Source: Raillietiella orientalis (Eukaryota). From it: a DNA stretch of 64,000 nucleotides. Positions 24,600 through 37,155 of this stretch are shown here, piece after piece. Below the pieces are notes generated by a model, which saw nothing but the letters and a program-made list of their open reading frames with translations, had not been told where the DNA came from and made no database searches. Position 1 is the stretch's first letter; the number at the start of each line of letters is the position of its first letter. Location: assembly GCA_036172245.1 (NCBI GenBank), contig JAYWIR010000066.1:62001-126000 (forward strand). The letters run 5' to 3'. The translations under genes and the position numbers were made by a program.

Positions 24600-26900
24600 C
24601 AACAGCAATCGTCAGGCACCCTCTTTTCTTGCAGAGGTGCCTTTGGGTTGTCTTCTCAAACCGACGACCTTTTGGCCCTCCAGCACGGGCCCAAGGAAAC
24701 TTGGAAGCTGCGGCGACCACACGCGCAGCGTGCGTGCCACCTCTTTGGCTCCGTCTTCACGGAGGGCCCACCGGGCACGCTTGAGCAGACCAAAGTGTTG
24801 GGCGGTCGACTTGGGGAGCCTTCGGCTGCGTCCCGGAAGCTGCTCGCCGCTCGACGTCCTCCGACTCCCTTAAGTGCACTTAATTGTGCGCGGAGTGCGT
24901 CAGATGAGTCGCAGAGAGCGGTGAAGCAACGGATAGGTCTCTCGGCGGTGGGTCACTCAGAGGCACACTCCACAGCTCTATCCACGAATTTTTCGAATTT
25001 TGAGGAAAAGTAGTGCACTCCGACGTTCCCTTGCCGGCTTTCTTTTCTGTAGGTAGGAGGATGCATCTGTGCATCTTAATACATTGGCTGCATGCACATC
25101 CGGTCAATGCCATGTGCATTTTTTCGCTGTTGTCCAATGAGTTTTTCTTTCACATCTTTCACAGTGTAGGATATTCCAGCCACGCCATTTGGAAGCCATT
25201 TCTTTTTCCTGTTTTCCTTGTGCGTGTGTATTTCAGTTCTTCAGGAAGCGAGGAATGGGAGCTTTTCTTCAGAGGGGCGTTCCAAAGGCCAAGATTATCC
25301 GATGTTTGCCCGACGAACAGCATGCCTTTTCACGACACTTCGAAGCAGAAAAACCCAAAATACACATACACAGTACATGTAAAAGGGTGGAGCTTGTTTT
25401 CTTGAAGAATGCGGGATTAGATGGAAAACGGATTCAGACGAGCTGAAAGCAGGGGAGATTTGGGGGATTGCACAGGATTACCTCGGCCGTCGCCGTTGTG
25501 CTGCTGTTTCTAATGGGATGCTGACGGACACAGCACCTCCTCGATTACTTCAACCCTGAATGGGATCGTCTCGCTTCCTGAATTATACGCAGATTTCTGC
25601 ATTGTGCGTCCCTTCCTGACTTTGCTTGCGCCATTTTCTCTCGGCCACCTAGATAGTAGAGGGCTGCCTAGAGAAGCACCGCTACTGCTAGCTCTTTGGG
25701 ACCGTCTTCAGCACAGTGCTGCTGCGTTGGGTTCATGGAAGATCATCGGTATTTCCAGCTGCCAATACATTCTTCTTGTTCCTCGGCGTTTTTGATGTAA
25801 GCAGTTGGTCGTCAGAGCTCCTCCCTTGGTGACCGCGTTCTTCCGAACGAGGTCCTTATTCCTCGTGAAATTAATCTCAACCTAGGGAAGGAAGGAAGAA
25901 GAAAAAAAGAGGAATCGGTGATTCTTGATTTCGACCTTCTATTTTAAGCAAGATAAATGTATTCATGCAAATTTCATGTCTTTGCAATAGTTCCATAAAC
26001 TAAACTAGCTCACCGATATTTGATGATGCACTGATTACTATGTAAGATGCATGGATTTCACGGAGTGCTGTATATATATACAGCACCCAAATATATATAT
26101 ATATTTGGGTGTGTGTGTCTATAAGATACCTTCCAATATTAGTGGTGATTTGTCAATGAATCTATGGATTAGGTTTGGAAATTTCTGTACATTTCCTCAG
26201 CAAAATCCAGTGAAAAACTGTCGCCACCATAATAAGACACGTTGGCGACTGGAAACCGAAGCCCCACCCTTTGGGAAACTTTACATCAATCCTTGCTCCT
26301 ATCCCCTTCACAGCACTTCGCCACAAGGTCTGTCAGAGCACCACCGTCCAAGCGCCGCTTTTCCTTTCATGTCATGCGACAGCTTCACTTCCGTTTCCTC
26401 GCTCAAGACCGAAGCAGCCCTGCCTCCGGATGGCACCCTCAGTACCAAAACCCCCTCTGGAAAAGGACGTTCTTGAAAGAAACCCGCCCAACCGTGCCCC
26501 GTTCCTCAGTCCCGCCGCCCGTGGCAAAGGTGCACATGCAAGGTTATTGGGACGATCACTTTTTGCTACATCAATACACGAATGAAACCAAAAGTAACGA
26601 CGCTTTCGCAGTTTCCCGTAAAGCAAGGACGAAAGGCATTCCGTTTTACCGGTTGGACCTTCGAGTGCATTGGCGAGGCTCTCAGCGCACCGTTTGCCAC
26701 CCGTCGCCGCTGGAAACCGTTCATCTCGCATCTCCCGAATTCTTTTCGCACGGCCTGGTACACGTCCGGCTCTCGAAAAGCGCCGGCAGCCACCGAAGCA
26801 CTTGCGAGGTCTTCAGCAGTTCCCGCCACAGCATCTTTCGGACATCTTAAGAATATTTGGACATCGGAAGTGAATTCTGCAATTACTGCTTTTTCGTGAT
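24600..26900 (+). mobile_element. Decayed LINE ORF2 fragments (linker about 24600-25010; RT about 26200-26900)
   Basis: HGPKETWKL (NPKKFW), CHLFGSVFTE (LFN.YFSSVFT), RAVKQRIGLSAVG (AIK.LK..KAPG); then AALPPDGTLS (GVPQGSVLS) and QGYWDDHFLL (YADD). Degenerate. Confidence 0.4.
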
Positions 26901-27336
26901 AAACGCTCCCAATCGCTTGAGATGTGAGATGTGCTTTTTATAAACGGATATTTCAAATCGAAGCTCGAGGGTTCACTTCGCTGAATGGAAATGCCCTGAT
27001 TTTCGAAGGAGCCATCCCCTTACTGGTGTTCAACTGGTGTGTTACTGCTGACTGGAACTCCCCTCTTGCATTGGACACCGCGAGGTGGATTCTTCGATGC
27101 GGTGGCGCGCGCCGTTGCGTCAGCGTGCATCGTGGGAGGAGGGGGAGGGTGGCATGTGAGATGAATGAGCTTCTCGTTCAAATGTTCCCATCATGCAACT
27201 GACAATCACATGTGGTATCGCTTTGGCCTCCGATACTGGTCACGAGCTCTGGTCGAGGAAAAAATTCGTGACGTTTCCATTCAAATTTGATCTCTTGTGT
27301 GTTCGAAGCCTTCATCACAGTGCCAGAGCTGTTTAA

Positions 27337-28263
27337 CCCTTTGCACTCCAGCGGCTCCTCCGAGGGGACATTCAAAGTGGCACCACAGATCCCCTGACCC
27401 CGCTGAGGGGAGATGCACCGTGTTGATGCGTTGGAATGGGGGACCAGAGTTGTGCACTCCTTACATTACAGACCAAAATGTGCAACCCGCTCTTCGGCAT
27501 GCAAAGCGAGTGCAAGCGAGCGCAGTGATCGTTCACAGCTTCCTGTTACAGATCACTGCCCTGCAAACATTGCCCGGTGTAAAGCTGCAGCCATGAACTC
27601 TTAACGTTTTTTTTTTTTTTCTTCCCAACAAGACTTCGACTTTTCTGGAAAAGTTGCTCTCGACTGCCATCAGTCAGTTGCCAAGCAACGTGCTTAAGAC
27701 GGATAAGGAGGGAGGGGATTGTGAAAATTTCGAATTGGGTGATTGTGAAGAAGAGCTTCCTTTATACCTAGTTGACGTCAATTCAGCTGATGCTGCATCT
27801 GAAAGTAGTGCAAGTGATGATGATTCTGGAATTCGTTCTAATGATAGCGAAGTCACTGTGAAACGGCGGCGAAGAATGGGAATTATTGATCGTGAAAACT
27901 CTTTTCGGATGAATGGGGGTCGATAGAACGGATAGCGAAAGGATAGCGAAAAGGATTCCCAAAAGGGTTCATTTTACAGTTTCGCCCAGGGTCACTGGAC
28001 CACAGAGTGCATCGAACGTTGCGGAACCAATAGAATGTCTCCAGTTATTTTTCACTGAAGAGCTTGCCAAGGGGATCATCGAAGAAGAAACCAACAGCTT
28101 TGCAAAAAGAACCATCGCAGCGAAACACCTGACGGATGAACGTTTATCATTTTTTCTTTTTCCCCCTTATCAAAGCAATGCCATTGCTTTTCACATTCTC
28201 GATTGCGAACGTGCGCCGGAGTTGCTGGTCAGCCGTGTCAACAAACGCCTGGAGTGCAAAGGG
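27337..28263 (+). mobile_element. Non-autonomous (internally deleted) piggyBac element, 927 bp
   Basis: TTAA target duplication at 27333-27336 and 28264-28267; perfect 15-bp TIRs CCCTTTGCACTCCAG / CTGGAGTGCAAAGGG; transposase N-terminal remnant inside. Confidence 0.9.
27654..28140 (+). pseudogene. Truncated, frameshifted piggyBac transposase N-terminus
   Basis: Acidic leader (ESSASDDDSGIRSNDSE...KRRRR), then HFTVSPRVTGP...PIECLQLFFTEELAKGIIEEETNSFA, matching the PGBD motif F.LFFT.EL...IV.ETN.YA. No DDD catalytic core. Confidence 0.75.
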
Positions 28264-29449
28264 TTAATACCATGGTAGTAAAAATTCTTTGACACTATGA
28301 ATTTAGCCACTCACGGATTCCCCTCGCTGAAGCACTGCTTCGTGGCTGCGGTAGAATGGCATTCACCTCCGCTTCCTTTCACGTATTTCCCGCAACAAGT
28401 TCGGTGCTTGGAATCTTGGATAAGAGATTTATTGCTCTTAGCAGTCCCGGCACCTGCGCTTCCGGCTTCGAAGCTCTGGAAATATCAGAGATAAACTGCT
28501 CACTCATTAACCTTCACAGCAGCAACATCTTCAACAACAACAGCAAAAAAGGAAAAAGGGAGTCGAATCAGCAAGCTGCTGCAGCTTTCGCTGACTGGAA
28601 ACTCTTGTCTTCGAAAAGTGTCCTCTGAAACATATGTCAGTGCTCCCGGAATCCACTTCCTCAGTATATGATTATTTTTGCAGATACCTGAATTCTGTGA
28701 CGAGTTCGAGTCCTCACACACACACACACGCACATATGTATATGTGAACCTTATAGTGTAACAAATGCAAAGATGATGTGTTTAGCAACGAAGCGATGTG
28801 GGAAATTTCCAAAGAGGTTACAAACAAGCAAAGAGCACAAGTTCGGTTCCCCTGACGTCTCCTCATGACTTTCCGTCCATAGAAGAGTACATATCTACAT
28901 TTACTGAGAAGTTCCGAATGCTTTTCGCAAACAGATCATAACAGTTCTGTTTATTCGTTCTGCTTGGAATCAGCCAGTTGCATCGCCGCAAGCATTTTTT
29001 GAAACCCAAGTTTATTTTTCTTGGAAGATGGCTTATCCTCATTTCCTTACTACTATCATGTATCTGTTTTTAAATGCTGCTTCGAGCATTTTGTTATTCG
29101 AAGCCTTGCATATGATGGCTGTTTTCTTCTTTTTCTTCCTGACCGCCTTTCCCTTTTGAGCATTTACATTGCTTCTATGATTCTATGCAAACGTTCGCGT
29201 AAACTTTGGAACGTCAATGCGCCAAACTTGGAAAAGAAGGGCGTCCAATGCCCGTTAACGCGTTTTCTTTACGTTGGCTCAACACCCACTTTAAGAACGG
29301 CACGCCTTTTTGCATGGCAACGTCACGTGGGTTGAGGTGGGTCGGTCCTCAACGTTCCTTGACTTTGCTGCTGCTGCTGTCTACCATCACTCACGTACCG
29401 AGGATGGCGATTTGGTTTCCTTTCAACTTGGCTGCGGTTATTTATACCT

Positions 29450-30479
29450 TCGTCGTCGGAGATGCAGTCGCTGGGACTCCTCTCCGGTTGCCTCTGTGCG
29501 ATCGCAAATCCCCTCATCCAGCATCCGTCTTCGCGCCGAACGCCTGTTTCATTTGCGCCCGTGATGGCTTTCGGGCCGTTGCTGTGTTTCCCCTGAAGTT
29601 GCACTTTCCTCTTTGTGGAGCACGAGCTTATTGCGTATCTGCCTCGGAAGTAACAGATGGGCAAAGCATAACTGCTGATAATCGCTCTCGGAAACGAAAG
29701 GAAGATGCCAATACGTGTTGGCAGGCGTTTCTTGCACGACACGTCGAGATCGCCTTCATCCAAGCTGATCTTCTTCGCCAGGATCGAACCAAAGAGCTTA
29801 TGCTGCACAGAGGCACAGATTCTTGGGATACTTAGGGATCCAGCAAATGCATCTGGGGAACCGGAAAATGATGGCGGAAAAAGGCCGAGGAGGAAGTGCA
29901 ATGCCTGCGGAAGAGGGCGGCTTTAAGCGCTGTGGGAAACGCAGCACCGGGGAGAAGAAAACAGTGAGTGAAATGGGCATCTCCATGGATGCCGGAAACC
30001 GAAAAGAAGGCTTCAGATGGAAACGGTGGCTTCATAAAATGAAATGAGCTGAAATGTGAACCGTAATGAACTGAAATATACTGGCAGATGGGTTCTGCTG
30101 GGGTTCGTGGAATGAATGGGGCGAACAAATGTTCTCACAAAGGACCGAACGCGACTCATCTTTATACCTTCGTAGGAAAGGGTAAACTCCTCGTACTTTC
30201 AGGGTTCCCAGGTCTAGTCGAGAGGCATTCTGAATCGAACATTCCCCAAAGCGGGGAATTCTAATGACCACATGCGATGCGGAAACCCTTCAGAAAGGAC
30301 CCGCTCTCGCCGGGATCCCTTCGACTCGCGCGCTGCTATTTTCATACCTAGGTCAAGGAAGTCGGGGAAGAGGAGGAAGGGAGAAGGAGGAGAGGGAAGA
30401 TGGTTTTATTTGAGTCAGAAAGGGCAAGATGAGCACCGTTTTTCTTTAATCCCATGCATAAGTCAGAATTCTTGCGTTA

Positions 30480-30527
<48 letters not shown>

Positions 30528-31090
30528 TGGCTTTGTGTGTTTCCCCTAATGCTGGAGAATATTTACTCTGAAATACATACTCATAACATTAGCATACTCT
30601 CGTCGGTATACTCTCGGCTAACAGCATTCTTGACGCCAGCCTGCCTGGCAGCAATATATTTTCCAGTCCTCGACGTACTGCCCCTTCAGCAGCAGCATCC
30701 TGCCAATGTCAGAGTTGAAGGTGACGAGCCCTATCACGTAGAGCGAAATCAGGAGTCTCAGCGCGTTGGGACTGATCAATGAGTCCTTGATTATGAGCGC
30801 GATGGAGCACCTGGGTAGAATATCTATTGGGGCGAAATGCTCGCTCTGCCTCAACCCGAGGCTCGGTGCATGCGAATTTTCAAGATGTGATCGCCATCGA
30901 GGGAATAGTTGGGTGGCCAGACGGATCTGTCTCATGCCTTGCTTGCAGCCCAGCAACCAGCTGACTTGTCCGAAAGCGAGGGAGCTTATCAAGGATCAGA
31001 AGGTACTCAGGCATTGCTGCAAGTTTCCCCTCAGGAATTCAGAGAGCGCCTTCAAGATTTCGCAATGAAACACATGCTCAGGAGTGGAGC
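29450..31090 (-). mobile_element. Possible decayed LINE ORF2 (APE endonuclease about 30620-31090; RT start about 29450-29900)
   Basis: LAFGQVSWL (IALQETWL), SIALIIKDSL (GVALLIK.SL); downstream PVPQ...DP...PLCSISSLVRSW...SSFRFRERLS (PIPK...YRPISL...FGFR..RS). Weak. Confidence 0.35.
30481..30522. repeat. Compound microsatellite (TG)8(AG)13
   Basis: Read directly. Confidence 0.9.
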
Positions 31091-31687
31091 CAAGAACACT
31101 TTTGTGTGAGTGTGTTGGGAGTGAAGGACCTCGTATGTGTTCAAATGCAAATAAGAGGAAATAAGAGATAAAGGATTGCATCGACGACACCGCCCAACAG
31201 AGGATTCCTATAGAAACGCGTGGGGGGGGGGGGGAGAGAGAGACTCTTTGAAGCTGCTGGAAAGACCACGATGCGAACTCTACTGTTATGCGTGGATTCT
31301 TCCCAAGCTTTGAAAAAGTGGCAGTCCCCGTTGGGAGAAATTGGATGAAGAAATTTGGTGCAGAAGGTGCACCGACCCAAGGAAGATAAGGTTGGCTGGA
31401 TGGATGCCCGCTAATGCGTTCAGCGTTAAGAAGAACTTCACGCGGTCGTTGCATGACCACCCCAGCAAGGGCGGCAGACTTTGCATGTGCCCCCGATCTC
31501 CGTGCAAAATAAAGTGACTTGCCGTACTGCAAAAGCCGTGGGACACCTCGGAAATGTTGGCAAGGCCAACTTGAAATTTTGCTGTCGCTGCTGCAATGCA
31601 TCCATCAGGAACAAACTACCGTCTTGTCTTGCAGGGAGCTCGCCTTAAAGATGCTGTTGTTATACAATTATCGGTGCCGACCAAACG

Positions 31688-32308
31688 CCGAAATCTCGAA
31701 AGATCACAAAAAATCCATACATATGCTTATTGCATATATCAATACATGGAAGAGTAAACAAATCTATTTCAACATGCACATTATTGATATTAATGTAATT
31801 TTAAAAACATATATTTATTGATATCTATTACCAAGTACATTATTAATATAATTAATGGCATGTGTTAATATATTACGGATATATATATATATATATATAT
31901 ATATTAAAGATGGCAGAAAAATGCATATGTTTATTATGTATATCTTAATATACATAATAAATGCATCTTTAATGAATAGCGAATCATTAAAAATAAAAAA
32001 AATAATGTCAACAATTAAAAGTAGAGAAAAACACATATAATAAATATTATACACATATATTTTATAATATTCAATATACGGTAATAATCTATATTGATGA
32101 ATAATTTTATCAACGATGTGCATGTTAATAAATATCAATGAATATACACGCTAAAAATGATATTAATATCAATACTATGATGCCTTGAAAAATAAGTTTG
32201 TGCATTGATCCATATGTAAATACATGCATTTATATAAATAATAGATATGAAAATTCTATATTTTTTATGATATTCCGCGATTTCGACATTCGGGATTTCG
32301 AACCAACC
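31688..32308. mobile_element. AT-rich MITE-like element, copy M3, with imperfect TIRs
   Basis: Left CCGAAATCTCGAAAGATCACAAAAAAT (31688-31714) versus right ATTTTTTATGATATTCCGCGATTTCG (32260-32285), plus TTCGGGATTTCGAACC. AT-rich interior with (AT)n. Confidence 0.65.
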
Positions 32309-33749
32309 CCTCCCCCCCCCCCAAAAAAAAAAAAAAAAATCATTAGACTTAGTAATAACTTGATGTATATAGTATGAAGGTTTTCTGTAGGGAACGTATT
32401 ATCATACTTGCTTCATTATTATGTGAAGATACTTATCGCAATATATCTGAAAGATCAGCCGCGGGTTTTCTTAAAGATTGCAAATCACGCTGCAGTTTTT
32501 TTTCCTTCTCTCGAGCTGTTGGCGACACTGGAATTCCTCATGGCGGACGCCTGCGGACGCTCCCGCGCGGTCCCCCAGATCTCGCAGGCAAGCAAAAGAT
32601 AAAATGATTGCAGTGTCGTTTCATCGTGACGTTTGTAGGAGTTGGAACAAGCAGATGAAAAGTTAGGGAAAAAACCTCAAAAAGAGTTAAGTCTGTTCGT
32701 TTCTAAGGCAATGTGCAGCGGTGGGAATTCCCAATCGGGTAGCGGGACGGTTCATTTGCTTTAGCAATGCATTTATTTAGAAGTAGCGCAATGCCGCCAA
32801 GCCTTGAAGGGGGGATGAATTCATATGAAAAGAGACTGAATTACTTCACAATAGTTACTCAAGCCTAGTTTAGGATGAGATCAACTGGAATGTTTCCAAG
32901 GATATCCGTTTTCCATCCCGTAGAGGATGATTGCAATCCATCAGTAAGTTTCATATTTTCGGTCTACTTTTTGGTAAATGAGATCCGGAATCGAGGATCT
33001 AATCAGAGTCTAATCATTCCTTGATTGCCTCCCTCCCCCCTCCATTCAAAATGTTGCCGACTGGTATTTTTTTCTCCGGGCATGTGAAAGCAAAACTGAA
33101 ACCCTTCAGGAAAAGGAAATGGAATCAAGAGTACCAAAATGAAGGAAAAAAAAAAAAAAAAGGCATTTGCGAATTTATTCGCCAAAACAGCCGACGCACG
33201 GGAATGAATCAAAAGGCTGCAGGATCGGGAAAAGGACAGGACCTCATTTTAGAAAGGAAATCACGTGCAGGATTGCGTTCCTGTGTGTAAGTGGAGGCTT
33301 GCTAATGGCTTCCTGCTGATGAATGTACAATTGTACTTCCTCGTGGATTACTTTTCACTTCGTTTTCTCTTTGGCTTATGGCGGCCGCTGGCTTCTGTCA
33401 AATCAATTTATTCATCTTTTATTGGTCCATGGTGAATATCAAGACAGGCCAATGTCCACCAAGTATATCGGGCCTTGCCCTCCCTTGCATCTGCTGGTAC
33501 CGTGGACGTGTTTCTAAAGGTCTTTCGGATGTAGGCAGGTCAGTCTTCGTGATTTCATGTACTGACTCCTTTCGACCCCAAACGACCGAAAAATGACACC
33601 TCCCCGATAAAAGTCCTGTCTTCGTCGTGGGTGCCGAAGAGCATTCGTTAGGAATTCTTCCCCGTAAGCCACGAGGCACCTGACCTTTGCATCCAAGAGT
33701 GCAACATGCACATTTTGCTCTTTGCACGGCAAGAAACCTTCAGCGGGAT

Positions 33750-35200
33750 GACCCCTTCACTTTATGGTTAGGAAGACAACTGGGATGTGGTTGCTCCCGC
33801 TACAGCTGGAAAGTAATTCCAGTTGCGGTGATTCCCAGTTGACGAATGTTCCTCACAATGAATTTGTTCGCATGGAATTGGGTTCTTGCTGCAGGGTCAG
33901 CTCTTCCTCGGAGCATTCGGTCCGAGCAGTCGATGTTGTAAGATGAGATAAGATCTTTCATTCAGTTCGATCGCTACCTTCAGGGTATAAATCATTCATG
34001 AACTGCAAACCAATGCAAAGCATTCGTCTGCTCGTGTCTTTTGGTGATAGAAGTCATGGCTTCTGGCCATCGCCCTATTCTGCCCTCGCTCGGAGACTGT
34101 TGACCTCCGCCCAGAGGCAGGCTGAAATCCAAGCTGATGATTTCCGAATGTCTTCCGGTCAGGCACCCTGCTTTGCACTTTCATTTAGACCGGTGACATT
34201 TTTAGAAAGCATTTCATGCGCTTTCACTTCCTACTCTCCCTGCTCTCTAAAATGAATGTTCCCCTCAGAAACTTCCCTGCCCTTTAATGGGGGTTTTCCT
34301 TTCCCCCCTGATCTTGAGTCTCACCCACATGATCGTGTGTAGAAGGCTTGTGGCAATCTCAGCTTATCTGAAGGCAAACACGCTATCGGACTGTGTTTGC
34401 ATTCAGATGCCCCGTGACACTGACGTACAAACACGCGAACGCATGATGGCTTGTTGTGTATTGGTTAAAAAATCGCCATTCCGATTTCTTTATCAGAGGT
34501 CGAAATCAAAATCGTAAAGAGGCGCCAGAAGGGAAATCTGGAACAGCGCAAGATGGAGAGTTGCTTCGAGACAGTTCGAGAATCGGAACGAGTCAGCCAA
34601 ATCAATGGGTTTGTCCTCGTGTTCAGGTCATCCTGCCTTCCAAGGTCCTTCGACCTCTTGACTTCCGAGCCCCCGTTCTGGCATCCATCCGGTGACAGGA
34701 GGAGTTGTTCACTCACGTCAGAGCTGCCGAGGTGTTTCGAGAGCTTGGAGACCAGATCGAAAGTTTCTGCCGGCATCAGGAAGAGGCACAACACAAAGTC
34801 GAGGAAGGGTGGACATCGGACACCTAGCGTTCCCAGGTTCCCTTTCCAGAAGGGACTCCGGGAACCCCGCTCTGCTTTCATTCCAGCGGCGCATCTTGCT
34901 GTCACCTACAGGCTGGAATTGCTGGTGGTGCACGGACGGGGCAGGAAACCTTTCTCTCAGCCTCCGCGTTCGAAAAGCGCCGTCCCCCCGCCAAAGGGCA
35001 GCTGAGGTGCCCGATCGATTCTCGAGATTGTACCCGTTGATTTCGATTTCCGGAACTTTACCGTGACCTTGCAGGTTCTCTTTGGCGGGAGAGTCGGTTT
35101 TCTGTCCAGCCAGCCACCTGTTGTGACTCGAGAATGCTTTCGAAGGAAATATTCTTTCTGAAGGTTCCATGATGAATGGCAGCAACGAGGAAGGAATGGT
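33750..35200 (-). mobile_element. Decayed LINE APE endonuclease domain
   Basis: PEIEINGYNLENRSG...RGDGAF (I.GY...R.DR...RGGGV), GRQDDLNTRTNPLIW (GDFNA.HP.W) and GSNHIPV (SDH.PI), in the expected order. Confidence 0.45.
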
Positions 35201-35994
35201 TTTTGTACTCCACATGTTTGTCTTTGTTCTGGCATGCATCAGCGAACGTCACTGAGGACCCCTGAAGATTTCTGTCGCCAACCAACTCAGGGAAAGAACG
35301 AAAAAAAGAACTGTTAGCTCGGCGAGCACTCTATCGTGGAAGCAGGACGCCTGCGCTTCCCGTTGGAATGGATTTTAGAGGTGCAAGCCAAGTCTCTCTC
35401 AAGAAGCCAGCCAAGTTCGCGTACTCCAGGACTTGATCTCGAGGCAGGTCCACCAGCCGGCTGCCTTCAGTGTCCGCGTGTGCGCGTGCTGCTTCTCGTG
35501 GCATCCAATGCAGTAGCGAGCTGCCAGCTCGGCTTTCCCCGGGTTCCCATTTCCTGGATATGCCCCGAGCTCTTGCAGACGCTTTCGATTCCACCTCTGC
35601 TCATTAATGCCCAGCGCTGCTTGGTCTCCACAGCAACGGGACTGCCGTCAGGACCACCTGCCGCCGGCCTCGTGGGTCGTGAGAAGGGGGAAAGGGTTGG
35701 AAGGCAGGACCAAGGTTTCAACGCTCCCGGGTCCCGCTGGTTGAGAGGCAACGAGTCCTCCTAGGCTGCCGGAGCTCTCGTCCGTCGGTGGCGCGCCTGT
35801 CTCTTGGGCTTCCGGGACGAAGGATTCCATAGAAGTGCGCGAGCGCTTCCCTCTCCCTCTCGGCTCCCGACCTGCGCCTGGAGGAAGGTCATGCGAGGCT
35901 GATGCCGAACTCGGGAGGCCGCTCGCTGCTGTCTCCACGCCTTCACCGCCTGAAGTCCGCGCCCCCTTCATCGGGCTCAAGAATCCTTTGCCCG

Positions 35995-36560
35995 CGTCGG
36001 GGCCGCCGTCCCTCCGCGCTTGGCTCCAGGTGTCGCGTGTTCGAATCCTGCCCGGGGAAGGATCGACGTCCCGAGAAGGGGAGTGCGTCGTAGGTTTTCG
36101 ATTCCCCCCCTCAGGAGGGTGCTGACTGGCTTCGGATGGCTCCGGGTGTGGCACTGGTGGAAGTCGGTTGCCCCGGTTGACTGGCCCGAATCGAAAATGG
36201 ACCTTCCGGGGTGCTTCCAGGACGTCAAGGAGCCCTTCAGGGTTTCCCCTCCGGTTGTGAAAATGGGGCTATTCCATGGAGTCCCTCGGAGGCGTTTCTG
36301 AAGAGTGCAAGAAGCGCGCTGCTCCGTTCGGGATCCTCTTCAGAGGAGGAGGAAAGCAAGGAGCGGATCCTTTCCGGGTTCCCATAGGAAAAGAAACGGG
36401 GAGCTGTCCCTTCAGGGATCACTCCGGAGAGAAGAAGGAAGAGTTTTCCTTGAGGGTTTCCTTCGGAGACAACCAGAGCGAGGACTCCTTTTGCTGTTCC
36501 CTTTCGGGAGCAAGAGGGGGACAGATTCCTCCTTCCAGAGCCATCTTGGGTTCATAGGGT
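35995..36560 (+). mobile_element. tRNA-headed SINE-like family, copy C (opposite orientation to the others)
   Basis: B-box GTTCGAATCC at 36039-36048, followed by the reverse complement of the family blocks and of the internal repeat of about 36 bp. Confidence 0.7.
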
Positions 36561-36995
36561 AGTTGCCCCCTAACTGAAGTTTCCCGCCACCCGAGGGCGC
36601 TTGTAACTTCAGACCCGCCATCCGTTGCCAGGCTAGAAGACGTGGTTGTGACCTCTGGGTCCGTCCAGGATGCCCCTGGCGGCCGCAGGAAGACTTCCCT
36701 TCCTCCCACGGAGCCTCCCTTGTCTAAGCAGACAAGGGAGGGGAAGCGAGCACCAGCCCGCGCTCATCTCCCCGAAATTCTCCCCCCTCTCCTCCCCGCA
36801 AGGACGCGCCTCCACATCCGGGAGACAACAGGAAAGGGGCTTCCGGATCGATCTGTTATTTCCGCTTGTCCGCCTGCCTCTCCGTCCCTGGCCGCGGACG
36901 GCCCACGGACGGGGGAGCGCAACGCCTCGTTGGGAGGCAGGCGCTTCGCCAGGGCGGTGGGACGACGACCCTCCGGGCCTCTTCTTCATCCTCCC

Positions 36996-37155
36996 TCAGC
37001 TTCCTCCACTGCCCAACTCGTCCTCGTACTGCTTGCGGAAGCACTCGCCGACCGGGAAGAAGTCCCAGCACCTCTGGGTATACATGTTCCAGACGTAGGT
37101 CTCCTGGCCAGTGTACTCCGTGTCCGGCTTATTGATGAGGTGCATCAGGAAGAAC
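36996..37155 (-). CDS. RyR: RyR terminal coding exon
   Basis: [52 protein letters not shown]. Confidence 0.95.
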
